From positions 9,798,001 to 9,862,000 of the forward strand of contig NC_087263.1 of assembly GCF_037042905.1 (NCBI RefSeq): a DNA stretch of 64,000 bases. Direction: 5' to 3'. This document shows positions 24,718 through 38,061 of this stretch, in pieces. The position numbers were made by a program, and so were the translations under genes. The stretch comes from Lytechinus pictus (Eukaryota). The first letter of the stretch is position 1, and every line of letters begins with the position of its first letter. A model generated the notes under the pieces. That model worked only from the letters and a program-made list of their open reading frames with translations, searched no databases and had not been told where the DNA came from.

Positions 24718-24920
24718 CACTAGCGTACCTACGGGGGGGGGGGGGGGGGGCAGGGGCCCCCCTGACGAGTCACAACCAATGCAAAAAGCGTATACATGCC
24801 CCCCCCCTGACGAGCTTGAAAAACCTTTTTTGCCCCCCCTGACGAGGTTGAAGAACTTCTTTGCCTCCCCTGACGAGGTTGAAGACCTTTTTTTTGCCCC
24901 CCTGTGGAAAATCCTGCGCT
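24718..24920. mobile_element. GC-rich MITE fragment with CCCCCTGACGAG subrepeats
   Basis: Begins CACTAGCGTACCTACGGGG and has four CCCCTGACGAG units. No matching right end seen. Confidence 0.4.
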
Positions 24921-25699
24921 CCAGTAAATGTTATGAACACATTTTGCTGACTCTTTTGTCATTAATAGAACCACATAGTGGTATCAGAAAATAAAAGAAC
25001 CGTGCGTCAGATGCTTATAAATTGCGCCTTTTTACCATGGAGTAGGTCCATGGTTTAACAAATCATGTTCATTCAAGGATGAATACACACCACCAATTAT
25101 TTCTCCGCCATGACATCTCTAGACCTTGTTGCCCCGGTGATAGATATTCCTGGGCAATTAATTAAGGCCCCAATAAAACTCAAATATCAAAACATACTAC
25201 TACATTATCATTACCTGGAGTAGTATTAGTCTCTATTTATGTTCGTGCTTTAAAAAAAAATCTTCAAATACGCATAACTATATCAATTTATAATTCATTT
25301 ATAAATAAAGTTGGTTACGCAGGTCGGCCCCTGGGAATTCCCTGACGTGCATGATATGACCGGAACTATAATTATTGATGTGGTTGCTCATGGACCTACA
25401 TTACTGTTTTCCTCAAATCACATCAAACGCATTACGACAAATCTGACTGAAAAGTGGACCAACGTAATAGTACTCCAACGCTGGATGAACATAGGAAAAA
25501 AACATTTCCACAGACCATTTTGAGTGCTGTTAAAAGTAAGTATCATCAGAATTTTTATCTTGTTAATTATTTACTCATAGACTCTGTAAACAACAGCTCA
25601 ATGAAACGATTTATTCAATGTTCACCAGGATAGCCACTGAAAAATGGTCGTCAGTTGAAATGATAGCTAGCGATACTGATTTCGAATAAAATTTATTTA

Positions 25700-26310
25700 T
25701 ATGAATAAGAAGAAAACAATACGAATAGTTCCACATAGCCAATATTACTATGGCTCTCTTTAATAAAATGAAAACTCTGACAATGCCAGATTTATATACT
25801 TATCAAGTTGCATTTTTTTTGGGGGGGGGGTCCAATATTTGGAATTAAATACCGTTAGAGATTAAACTAAGTCCATCAAGACAGTTTCAAAAGGAAAATG
25901 AAATTTTATTTACTTCAAAACTATTTACAGGTGCATTAATTCTTACTCAATAACATACATGTAGTGTGTGTGAGTATTTGCGTGTGAGACGTAAATAAGG
26001 ATGTTTGTAAACTTGCGAATAGGTTTTCATTATTTCATATATGCATGTACCCAAGTTTTTTTTTTCTATTTTGGTGATAATTTATTTTAATGCACATGAT
26101 TTGGTTTATTTTTTGGAGCTTGGTTTCTAATAAGGCACAGCCTTCCTGCCCCTCCCTTCTTCACTCTTTTTTTTATATTTTTTTTGCTCCGAGCTCGCTT
26201 GCTTTTATCATGTTTATCAACATAAATATTTGTAGGATAGCTATGTATTTATGTCTTTATAATGTGTAATTTTTAATGAAAGTATTGAATATTAGATGAA
26301 CTGAACTGAT
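25700..26310 (+). mobile_element. Old 3' fragment of an L2/CR1-group LINE
   Basis: Broken translation KKTIRIV...LFNKMKTLTMPDLYTYQVAFF resembles ORF2 KKALRII...LFFQNNILKVSDLYLFQLAQF. Ends in GAACTGAACTGA. Confidence 0.5.
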
Positions 26311-27442
26311 CAGGAATTGTTTAAACAATGTGTACAGTTTTTATTGCATTCCACTTATTTTGAAAAACATATTGTAATAATTCGAATTATTTTAGTCTGT
26401 AGCATTTAATGATAAATTCATCATTTTATTTTATAACAATTTTATATTTACCCTTTTAACGTTTTCCTATGATTATGAGAGATAAAGAAGAAAAACAACT
26501 TTCAAATTGTCCAAAAGAATGTGTTACAAAGGATAGGAATGTACCAGTCTGCGTTAACCCCATGTGACGAGCCGACGACAACTTGAAATAATGGGTTTCA
26601 AACAATTGTTTCAACAATGCCATTCAGGTGTTTCAATAATAGGAATATGTTTTTGGCGACAATTTTTCGGAGCAACACGAATAAGTCAGATTCCAGTTGG
26701 CTTGTCAAGATCTTAATGAAGTATTAAAGTACGTTTTGTGAGCATAACGAGTATCGATGAACAGAAATGACCATAATTGCAGTAATATTTTAGCTAATTA
26801 TCTAGATTCACACAAGAACGCGCATAAATTACCAGACAAAATATGTTCATAATTATACATTTTTCATAATAAGCGAGCTCTGGAATAGCGCACATTGTTG
26901 GAAAATGCTGAAATTGGTCAATTTTTTAGAATTTTTACAATTGTATATCTTTTTTCACGAATCTTTAATATTATGTTGGCATGCAAATATCAAAAGGTCT
27001 TTTCTTGCTGTTGTCTATAACATATTTTGAAATTTGCTAAAGAAATTGATACAAACCAATTAATGCTTCTAGAAGCAAAAGTAGTCAATACTGCTATTTA
27101 GCTTCTGCAGAAGCCAGTCGGCTCCGAAGGGTTATCATCGGCAAGACATATGAAATATAAACCCCCATGGAATGCTGTCAGCGATTGGGATGCTTTTATA
27201 CTCTTAACGATTTTAAAATGTATTGTGTTTGAGATTCTCTACCCTCTTTAACACGCCCTTGATTGGAATAATAACTTAAACAGACAGATGTCTCAATAAC
27301 ATTGAATCATTATTAACAAGTGTGAATTTAGCTTCATGAGGATAATGCACACATTTATGATCATTTGAGTCTTTCTCAGTAAACGCATTACAACTATAGC
27401 GTAATTTATGAATAAAATCTGTATAATCCGTGGCTTAAAACT

Positions 27443-27485
27443 TCTACTACTACTACTACTACTTCTGTTACTACAACTACTACTT

Positions 27486-27540
<55 letters not shown>

Positions 27541-27542
27541 TT

Positions 27543-27579
<37 letters not shown>

Positions 27580-27611
27580 TACTACTACTACTAGTACTAC
27601 TACTACTACTT

Positions 27612-27663
<52 letters not shown>

Positions 27664-27673
27664 AAGAACAACA

Positions 27674-27714
<41 letters not shown>

Positions 27715-27724
27715 AAGAACAACA

Positions 27725-27754
<30 letters not shown>
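27443..27754. repeat. (CTA)n microsatellite, ~310 bp
   Basis: Direct reading; it explains the poly-L, poly-V and poly-S ORFs in the track. Confidence 0.98.
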
Positions 27755-27756
<2 letters not shown>

Positions 27757-28090
27757 AGAAGAGATTAGTAAGGATATCATCCTCATCTACATATCTTGCA
27801 CATACAAAACCATTGTTGGAGGATTTATTCATATTGAACATTTATAATTTGAATGATTAGTGTAATATAATATTTCTTTTTAAACAAAGGTTAGGAATAT
27901 AACATCATAACTTACGTATATGTAACATATTATAATAAATTGTACAGTGCATAGTTATAATAACATAAAAAATTGAAGTATATACTCCGCCAGTATGGAA
28001 CTCTCTGCCATCAGATATAACTTATATAAAATGTATGAATTTACTCTAACAAAAACTTTTTATTTCTAAGGACTCAAAAGTGTTAACAAT
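27749..28090 (+). mobile_element. Old 3' fragment of an L2/CR1-group LINE ORF2
   Basis: LLQKRLVRISSSSTYLAHTKPLLEDLFILNIYNL and VWNSLPSDI align with ORF2 LLQKKALRII...HTDILF...ILKVSDL and YWNSLPNDF. Confidence 0.65.
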
Positions 28091-29647
28091 GATATAAGTT
28101 TATATTCCATAATTTTTGCTGCTTTTTCTATACTAATTTATTCAATGTTGTGGGGGGAAGGGGGGGGGGGGGTCAGGACAAACCATCTAGGGTTTTATAT
28201 AATCGAGTCCAATCTTGGATTTTGTTCCCCTTCTGTTACCACTTGAGGATCACCGTCAATCAAGAAAATATTCTTCCATTTTCATGTCAAAATATGTAAA
28301 ATGCCAAAATGTCCCGTTTGACACAGCATGGATTCGCCCATTTAGGGAACAATCTTCTGGTCTCTATTCATTTTTTCCTTTCCTTCTATGCGTGAGATTG
28401 TGTGTGTGTGTGTGTGTGTGCATGTGTGCAGCTGAATAGGTTCGCTTAGTATGCACTGCTGCAATTTAACAATCAATATTTCGAACCAACCGATGAAAAG
28501 ATTTGGAAAATGAATCAGGAACTAAAGGTTCCTCGTCGCTGATTCATGTCATGTGCAATCATAGAAATATCACATGACATTGTCAATGTTTTGATGACAC
28601 ACAAGAATTGTCAATAATAAAAGAAATTGAGGAGCTCTATGCCGAACCCCGGTGCAAAACTTAGACCATAGAGCTGTGCTTACACAATGCCGTGATGAAA
28701 GGCAGAGGGAGGTAAAAAAAAATCTCATGAGTTTGAAGTTATCTTGTTTGAAGTATGAACATGTAATCATCGATTTATTGAGATGTGCTGGGGCCGTAAC
28801 ACAAAACTTAGCAATGATCGAAGAACATTTTTCTACGATTGATTGCATTGACTACAATGTACAATCAATCGTGAAAATCAAGCGTACAATTAATCTCTGA
28901 CCTTTGTGTTACGGTGTCCTGGTAGAATTATCCTTCTTGGATATTTTGATACTTTTTTTTCATATGCATCTCTGCACGTACAAGACAGTCCCCAGAAGGT
29001 CGTTTATCTGAGTTTTGCCAGGTTGCTGGGTGAAGAATGAACCAGAGTGTGAAATAGTAATTGTGTGCACGCAGAAAGACACCACCCATCATATTACACA
29101 CAACACACACCACACACCCTGCACATCACGCACGCCCCTTACACATAAACATCGCATCACTCACACACACACCCTCCCACTTACACACACCTCACACACA
29201 CCCACACCGGTGCACACCCTTCACACAAACCTCTCCTGCAAACTTCCTCACACCAACATATCCTTCCCCCAACACCCACACTTTGTAATCCCTTCATAAA
29301 CACTTCAAAAAGTACACTGCAAAATCTCCGTTGTTGATTTAACACCAGCCCAGAAACTATATATGTCCACACAAGAAAAATGTGAATCAACATCAGTTTG
29401 GTTTTGGTCTAACACCAGATAGGTGTTTATACAACACCAATTGGGTTATTACTTTATCACTTTACTCCCAACAGGGATCTGACCCTATATGAAATGCAAT
29501 AGGAGCAAGAGGATCACAGGGAGCAAATATCGTGGATATTAGTTAATGAGGTAAGTACACTATAATCATATTTATCTAAGGTTGAGGAAGAGACATTCTT
29601 CATAGCAAGTTAACATCATAAAAAGCTATGATTTATGCTTATTTCAT

Positions 29648-30605
29648 TTGTGTCTCGCCTGTGTAGCAAAGCGATACTATAGGCGCGCTTTTCCGACGGC
29701 GGCGTCGTCAACATTGAAAGGTTACGTTTCTGAGATGTTATCATAACTTAAGAAGTATATAAACCCAGTTAATGAAGCTAGAACATAAGGGCAATCAAGT
29801 ATTATCTAACATCCTGTTTGATTTTCAGGTCACATGATCAAGGTCAAAGGTCATTTAGGGTCAATGAACTTAGACCATGTTGGGGGAATCAACATCGAAA
29901 TCTTAACCTACGTTAAGTTTTTGAAACTTCGTCATAACTTTGAAAGTTTATGGATCTAGTTTATGAAACTTGGATATAAGGGTAAATGGGTAATGGCATA
30001 ACACTGAACATCTCTGATTTTCAAGTCAGATGACCAATGTCAAAAGTCATCTTGCGTCAACGAACTTTGGCCATATTGGGGTATTTGCTGAATTGCCATC
30101 ATAACTGCGGCAATTTTTAGGCCACATGACCAAGGCCAAATAGACTCAATGAACTTTGCCAATGTTGGGTAAACTTGTTGAATTGCCATCATAACTTTAA
30201 AAGTCTATGGATCTAGTTAATGAAACTTGAATATTACAGCAATAAAGTATCAGCAAACATTCCGTACAAGTTTTAGGTCACATGATCAAGGTCAAAGGTC
30301 ATTAACGGTCAACCAACATGGCCATGTTGGAGATATTTGCTGAATTGCCATCATAACTTTGAAAGTTTATAGATCTAGTTCATGAAACTCAGACAGAAGT
30401 GTATCAAAGTATCATTGAACATCCTGCATGATATTTAGATCTTATGACCAAGGTCAAAGGTCATTAAGGGTCAATGAGCGTAATATTTGATTATCATATG
30501 AATTGCGTTAAAAAAATTCAATAGTTGTGTTTTCAAAGTTAGCACTGCTGCTATATTGAATTGCGTAATGCAGGCGAGACTGTCAGAGGCACCCCATTTC
30601 TTCTT
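29648..30605 (+). mobile_element. Helentron-associated (HINE/DINE-1-like) non-autonomous element
   Basis: Subterminal inverted repeats GTCTCGCCTG (29652-29661) and CAGGCGAGAC (30571-30580), a short CGGCGGCGTCGTC tract, internal tandem units containing GGTCACATGATCAAGGTCAAAGGTCA, and T-rich flanks. Confidence 0.6.
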
Positions 30606-31467
30606 AATCTTCGAATGAAACTGACTCATCCGCCCTTATTTTTTTTTTATTAAGAAGAAGAAATAGTAACGAACAGGGAATAAAATGGTACTGTTGGGTC
30701 ATTTACTTAGTCTCTCTCTTTCTACTTGTAGAATAGTCCAATGAATTTCTTTTCAGTTCTCATGTGAATATTTATAATCTGACTTCATTTCAGAATTTAT
30801 TTGTCTTTCCTCCCATCTAGTACAGGAAGGTATAGAAAAAGAAAGAGAGATAGAATGAGAGACAGACAGAGAGAGAGAGAAATGGGTGGGGGGGGGGGTC
30901 GTGAATAAGATTAAGGATTGAGAAGAGAGAAATAGCAGTGTATTAATAATTCTAAATGAAATTTATTTATTCTACAAATGAATGTAGTGATGAGTGTCCC
31001 AACTTACCAGACATTGGCATTAAATTTAACTACATAGAAGTATTGTAATTCGACATTTTTAAAATCAAGATTTTATAGTCAAAATAACTGGAGAAACTGA
31101 CGAAACTACACGTTCAAGAATAATTCATGTTACATCGTCATCGCTGGGAAACATTTGGAGCGTGACTATTGAACATGTTGAATGAAAAACCTTTGAAATG
31201 TACAATAGGAAAAATGCGTCCCATTGCCTGAACAAAAGGAAGTGGAAAAACCCCAATTTTTTCAATGGCATGTCATGACGAGAATAACAACTGTGTGATC
31301 TCGTCATCGATAGTCCTTCACTATACGGTTTTGCACCAACCAGAGCTAACCCCCGGCTTTACCCTTCTGGATCCTGGCGACATGCAGAACTGTTGAATGT
31401 TATTTATCCATTACGTACCATATTTGTTAATTCTAGATCAAATAAATGATAATGAATGATGATATAT

Positions 31468-31933
31468 TAGAATAAATGGATTTTAGACCAAGTGTGAATT
31501 AGACCAAATGAAAACTAGACCAAGTGTCAATTAACCCAACTGGGCATGAGACCAATTGGCGATTAGACCAAGTGGTCATTAGACCATTCGGCTATTAGAC
31601 CATTCGGCTATTAACACCAAGTGGTCATTAGACCATTTGGCTATTAGACCAAGTGGTCATTAGACCAATTGGATATTAGACCATGTGAAAATTAAACGAA
31701 ATGAGAATTAGACTAAGTGCAAATTAGCCAAAGTAGAAATTCGACCAAGATAAGATTAGCCCAACTGGTTATTAGCCCAAATGGAAATTAGACGAATTGG
31801 ATATTATACAAAGTGTGAATTAGACGGATTGGATGTTAGACGAACTGGATGTAGACAAAATGAGTTTAGACTAGGTGAAGTTGGACGAACTGATAAGTAG
31901 ACCAAGTGGTATTAGGCCATCCGATAATTCACC
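31468..31933 (-). repeat. 16-bp subrepeat array (TAGACCAAGTGGTCAT); reverse complement of 61549-62104
   Basis: Shared terminus CCATCCGATAATTCACC / GGTGAATTATCGGATGG and shared inner end AGAATAAATGGA. Confidence 0.8.
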
Positions 31934-34147
31934 CCTGTGGTGGTGGTGGTGGTAGTAGTAGTAGCAGTAGTAGAAGAGATCGAAATGAGGGACTCCGCTG
32001 ATATTCCATAAACAATACCACAAGTCGTAAGCTTACGATTATCATAATAATATTAGTAATAATAGAAATAATTGAAATAATGATAAAAATGGTGATGATG
32101 ATGATGATTTTTATTAGGTGATGGTGATGATGATAATAATAATAGAAATGATAATAACGATAACAATAATGATAATAATAATAATAATGATAGTAATAAT
32201 AGTAGGGATAATGATAAACGGTTTCACACAATTCTGAATATAATAATTGAAAAGAAGAGTTTTGAAAGAATTTATTTCATGTCGAATGGCCCAAAACCAA
32301 GGTGGCATAGGAGCGGCCACCCTTTAAATATTCTAAGTACTGAAGAAGGTGGAGCTGAGGATAGAAGAAAATGGAAGATAGAAGGAAAATACTATAAAGA
32401 AGAGGTTTAAGGTAAAGGGAACGTAATAGGGCGAAGAATGCTTTTGTTATTTTTCTTTCTTTGCATATTATGTTATTTTTGTGCCCCGTATGACTGTGCT
32501 ATTTTTCATTTCAATTGTAATGGATATGTAATCGACTTGAGTTTAGTTATGGTTCTTGAGCCCCTTCTGGAACTCTTTGAGGATCACCATCAACTACAAA
32601 AAATATTCTTTTATTTCATATAAAAATGTAATATTCCCGTACGACACAATGAAATTGCCATTTAGTAAAAATCTGCGGGAAATCATTTTTCTTTTATTTA
32701 TTTATTACTTATACCCTATTTATAGTTCAAATACACTGGATCTAACCCCTTCTATTTACGAAGGAGGGCCTGTGCAGGTGTGAGTGTGTGAGTGCATGAA
32801 CAGGTATGCATATATGCTCTGGTACAATTCAATAGAGTTGAGTAAACATTTCGAACCAACGGATGGAAAGATTTTGCAAAATGAACCAGGAACTAAATGT
32901 AAATAATTTTCGCTGGTAATGTTTCTATGAGTGCACATCACCTGTCAAAGCCAATGTATTGATGACACACAAGAGCCGTCATTAACAAAAGAAATCGAGG
33001 AATATTGTTAAAAATATATTCAATGCCATGATGAAAGGCCAGTTGACAGAGTGTATCGAAAAAAAATTGTTTGAAGTTGTCTTGTTTAAAGTATGAATAT
33101 GTAATCATCGATTTATTAATATATCCTGGTAGAGTCATTCTTCTTGGATATTTTGGTACTATTGCCGTATGCATCTAAGTACCTACGAGATAATCTCCAG
33201 AAGGTATTATAATCTCAGTTGTGCCAAGTTGCTGGGTGAAGAATGAATTAAAGTCTTGAAAGTGATTGTGTGCACGCAGAAAGAAACATCCCATTATAAC
33301 ACACACACCCCTTCTCCCTCATATACACACCCACACATACGCACACCCCTCACTCATACACATCGCATCCCTTGCACACAGACACACACACCCTCCCAGT
33401 CACACACACCTCACACCTCACATACACCCACACGTTATGTTGAGTCCTTCACAAGTGTGTGTGGGTGGTGGTGGTGGTGTATGTGTGGGATAGGTTATGT
33501 GTATTGCGTGTATAGAGGATGGACGGATATCATTCTGCTTTTCATTCTTCACCCAGGAAACTTGGGGCAACTAAGATTTTAGGACCTACTGGAAAATGTC
33601 TCGTATTCATACTTCAGACGAGACAACTTCATATTAATGGGTTATTTTTTTTCTGACTAACTCTGTAGTATCAAACGAGTCAAATAACAGCACATAGTGA
33701 TATTTTTTATCCACGGCCAAGTAAGCCAGTTTAAAGTTTGACAGCTGGGAGCCGTATGCTTCGAGGAGTTTTTAAACATTTTTAAATTTTGTTTATTTCT
33801 CCTCGTAATTGGGGACTGGAACCAATGGAGTTCAGCGGAACAACAAATGTAACAGAGACCGAAGCTTTTGGTCTAGTTTAAAGTAAGACATCAAATGACG
33901 CCGATATATGAAGGGATTTGATAGTCAATTAGTTTTGTTTGATATGATTCTTGTTCATTATCAATCAATCTTCCAAGATCTTCTTAAAATTATATTTCAG
34001 GTGGATACGTCATAATAATAATGAAAATGAAAATCTTTTGTTTTAACGGCCAGGAAATAAATGAAAATTTAGATAAAGACATTGGCTCGTATTCAAAACT
34101 CTGGTATAAATTTGTGGTTTAACTTTGGATAGCCAATTGTGAAACAT

Positions 34148-34340
34148 ATGTGCTGCACTCAACCCAGGTGAGGTGAATGGGTACCTGGCAAGAATTTATT
34201 CCTTGAAATGCCCCAGCGCTGTAAGAGGCTGCGGGGCTAAAGCCAGGGTAATAATATCCAAGTCCTTTGGAAGTGCATAGAGATGTTATTTATAATGTGT
34301 TATGCGCTATACAAGAACTGTCTATTATTATTATTATTAT
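34148..34340 (+). mobile_element. 5'-truncated SINE (core + LINE-like tail)
   Basis: TGTGCTGCACTCAACCCAGGTGAGGTGAATGGGTACC core shared with the SINE at 38753. Ends GCGCTATACAAGAACTG(TAT)n. Confidence 0.65.
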
Positions 34341-34520
34341 ATGTCCTATTATACAGAGTGGTGGCTTAACACCCAACTCGACGTCTTTAAAATAAACGTT
34401 TTCAAAAAAAATGTCAAAATGGCCATTTAATTTTCCTTTTTTGCATGGTCAGCCCCACACTTCCTACTTAACAGTTCCACGGTCCCTATATATATATATC
34501 AACTAATACTTATAATTATG

Positions 34521-34759
34521 CACTGTAAAAACTGTGGTGTTAAAACTGACACCAAATGGTTTTAATAGAGGACCACACACTGAGGTGTTAAAATAACACC
34601 CTAGAGATTGAACATAACACCAAAGAGTGTAAATGTAACAACCATAGGTGTTGTAATAACACCTATCGGTGTAGAACTAACACCACCAATTTAACACCGG
34701 TGTAAAATAACTGGTGTGGTCCTCTATGTACACCGGTTAACACCACAGTTTTTGCTGTA
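34521..34759. mobile_element. CACTG-ended (EnSpm/CACTA-like) MITE
   Basis: CACTGTAAAAACTGTGGTGTTAA ... TTAACACCACAGTTTTTGCTGTA, with many AACACC subrepeats. Confidence 0.7.
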
Positions 34760-35023
34760 TGGTATTTATTACTTTATCACTTTACTCCTAGCAGGGATCT
34801 GACCACATAGGAAATATAGTGAAAGCATGAGGATCACAATGAGCAGATATCGTGCCTATTAGTTAATGAGGTAAGTACACTATAAATCACATTTCTATAA
34901 GATCGAGAAAGTTACCTTCGCCATAGCGAGTTGACATCAGGGAAAACAATGGATTTTGCTCAATATATTTATTTCCTGTTTTTCATCTTCGAATGGAGCG
35001 CCAAGGAAACTTCACCGCATATA

Positions 35024-36054
35024 CAGCGCGTCCCCCAAAAAATGTCCCTCTAATATGAGGCTAAATTACTTCAAAAAAAAAAATTATTCTCAATGAAATG
35101 TATAGAACTAGGAAGCTCATCCCATGTTCTAACTTCTATAAAAATGTCATTGGTCTCGCTTCAGTGGTTTTGAATACACAGTCTATTATGTAACAGTGGT
35201 GCTTTTCAGCCCATTCCAAGTTTGCATCATATGCATGCAGAACTGCTGTGTGTTCTGCATATTGTAGCATATTAACCCCCTTTGAACAATCTCACCAAGG
35301 AATTCCCTGATCTGACCAGGGAAATCTCCATGATTTAACCACACTCATTAAATCACAACCTTGAGCATGTTCAGAAGGGCAAAAACAGTATATGACAGTT
35401 CATTTCATGTTTGATAACGTGAGATGCAGATTGATTGAGACAATGGGTCATGTCTGTTTCATGCCTAATTCCAACAATACTGCATTTTATTTCATTACTT
35501 TCTTAGTCAATAAGCTACTGAGGTCAAGTTGATTCAATGTTACTTTTTAAAATAAAATAAAAAAAAAAATCGGCAAAATCTTTCTCTTGTAAAATTCCTT
35601 TTCGCAAAGGGTGATTATTAAACTTGTGGATTCCCCTTTATTTTTCAGCTTATTTTACTCATCCATCATTCAAATTTTCTTTCAAGTTGCTGCACTGATT
35701 CCCCTTATGAATCACCAAACAAACTTAATTTTTTATGCTTCTTGTCCTTCTGAAGTTTATGAAATGATGAGCCTGGATATGATTAGGGTAATGCCCCTGC
35801 TCAGAACCTGGATGTAACAATGGGGGTTAACAATGCGGAAATGCCTCAATGCTGCAAACTTGGAATGGGCTAAAATGCACCACTGTTACGTAACATAGTT
35901 TGTATTCAAAACCGCTGAAGCGCAACCAATGAAATTTTCATAGAAGTTAGATCATGTAATGAGCTTTATACTCATTAACATTTATTTGAGAATACCACCA
36001 CATTTTAGAATTAATTTTAGCCCTACGTCAGAGGGACTTTTTTGGGACGCGCTG
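35024..36054. mobile_element. Tc1/mariner-type non-autonomous element with ~200-bp TIRs and TA TSD
   Basis: TA|CAGCGCGTCCC...GGGACGCGCTG|TA. The inverted match extends to 35150-35230 vs 35850-35930. Confidence 0.85.
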
Positions 36055-36589
36055 TACATAATGAAATGAGATCTCAGTGTCGATTTCAATAGTCATGTAT
36101 CCTCAGCATCGAATTTTCTATCCGGTAAATAGGACATATGCGATGCGTGGGTGTGAGGCAAAGTGGTATGCTACCATTGAAGGAGGACTTTGAGTTCACA
36201 TATTGTTCAATCATGGCATGATTTGATAATCATGAATATAAGAATAGATGGTAGTATGTGTATAATGGCGTTATTGATAATGTGCGGCCCTTAACGCCCC
36301 TCCTTATTACACCTTGCCAATGCAGTTCTCTGGCATTTACACCCGTTTTCACTGACCTACCCGTTCGTACCTGCTCCTAAGCCCCTATTTTAGATGTCAG
36401 TTGTCGAAGACGCTCATTTCAGGTTCAATTCTAGCTCCAAAGTACCCGTTTTGCAGAGGGCCATCCTAAACCCCCCATTTCACAGCAATTTCATATTTGC
36501 TGTACATTTTTAATTATATGCAGTGACAAATTTATTTCACACATATATCCCACTCTAATTTAGAAATTTTGATTAAGTATGCTTTAGAT

Positions 36590-36812
36590 GAGATAATGAT
36601 AATAATGATGATAAAAAAAAACAATAATGATAATACCAATAATGGCTTCAGCACGGCTACCCTTGATCGGGCGCACCGAGCATTCAAGGCATTCCTTTTA
36701 ACCGGGTACCCATTTACTAGACCTGGGTGGAGAGTGGCAAATGTAGATAAAAATGACGCTAGTGCTGCGGTGGTATTTGAACCCAGGACCTTGTTGTTCA
36801 AAGTCCGAAGAC
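36590..36812 (-). mobile_element. Degenerate tRNA-derived SINE
   Basis: Minus-strand B-box-like GGTTCAAATAC and core CCACCCAGGT...AATGGGTACCCGG related to the SINE at 38753. Confidence 0.55.
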
Positions 36813-36882
36813 TGATATTAATATCAGCTTTAACGGAACAAACCTGGATTAATCTCCTGCATTTATATTTCTCCAGATATTT

Positions 36883-38061
36883 ATAAACCCCTCCAAAAAG
36901 TTTGGAAATCTGAGTTTGGCCATTTCTTTCTCACAACTCCAAATTTACACAATGCATATTTGATATCATTCAAAAGATCATTTTTTTTAGGATGATACCA
37001 TGCTTGTTATGATCTTGCAATCACGAAAAGAGCAGGATTCAAAAGTGCTGGATGAGGCAAAACCCCGGGGGGGGCACTCAGTATATAATGCATAGTGGGT
37101 ATGTGCCGCGGAGGGGACCCCCATTTTTACACTCAAATTTCCGTTCCGAGGCATAGCATTTTTGTCTTATAGAGAAAAAGAACAAAGAAAGCCGCTCCAA
37201 AGCATATCATTTTCTTCTTCTCGAGAAAAAAAAAGAAAAAAATCCGCTCCAGGGCTTCGCATATTTTCCGTTACGCCGTTCCGGTCGCAATTTTGGTGAA
37301 AAGCGGCCGCAGCTCGTTGTCTGACCATCGCCTCTGCGCTAGCGCGCCCGGAAGTCGTGCCGCCGGGCTAGCTGCATGCACGTTCCATAGGGATGCATAT
37401 ACGTACTCGCACGCAGGCGACCCGTTCCAAGGACCCCCGTTTTCACAAACATTTGTAGTTCCGTGCCCGTTCCGAGGACCCTCCTTTTTACAATACGCCC
37501 GCTCCAAGGCCCCCGTTTTTTGTCTCGCCCGCGGCACATACCTACTACTTTTTTGGTCGAGTGCCCCCCCCGGGGGCAAAACATGATTCTTTTGTCTGCG
37601 TCAATAGAAACGAAAACCTATTCAAATCAAGCCCCTGCTTCTTCATTTTCGATATTTTTTTTGTGGTTAATGTAGTGTTAGTTTTGTGAGATAACATGGT
37701 TTGAGTCGTGGCTTGAAATACCCATGCATGGTTGTTCGTTTGTTATGTGTTTGCTTGTGCAGAGGTGTGTTTGATTCCATGTTAATATTAATGTTAACGT
37801 GCATGAAAACAAAAGGAACCGCTGAGAAATTCACTCATCACCACGAAAAAAAAAGAACAGCGACTTTCAATATTGTGTCATTTTGCAACTTTTGAATGAA
37901 TTTTGACCTTGCCCCATATTTCAAGGCACTGCACCTCCATGTGAACCATAATCATGTCATGTAGGGTATCATTTTAAAGAGAATTAAATGATCCATTTAT
38001 TAATATCAATGAAACATGAATATTTGCTAAAAACGATTTCTAAACTTTTTTAGGAGTTTAT
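36883..38061. mobile_element. Tc1/mariner-like MITE (inverted copy of 19434-20317) with a nested insertion
   Basis: Ends AACCCCTCCAAAAAGTTTGGAAATC / GATTTCTAAACTTTTTTAGGAGTT. The interior is the reverse complement of the 19.5-20.1 kb sequence. Confidence 0.7.
37064..37574. mobile_element. GC-rich non-autonomous TIR element with an 8-bp TSD
   Basis: TIR CCCGGGGGGGGCACTC / GAGTGCCCCCCCCGGG and inner inverted repeat GGTATGTGCCGCGG / CCGCGGCACATACC. TSD GGCAAAAC at 37056-37063 and 37575-37582. Confidence 0.88.

Noticed and set aside
27293..27860. Poly-S, poly-V and poly-L ORFs
   Set aside because: Translations of the (CTA)n microsatellite.
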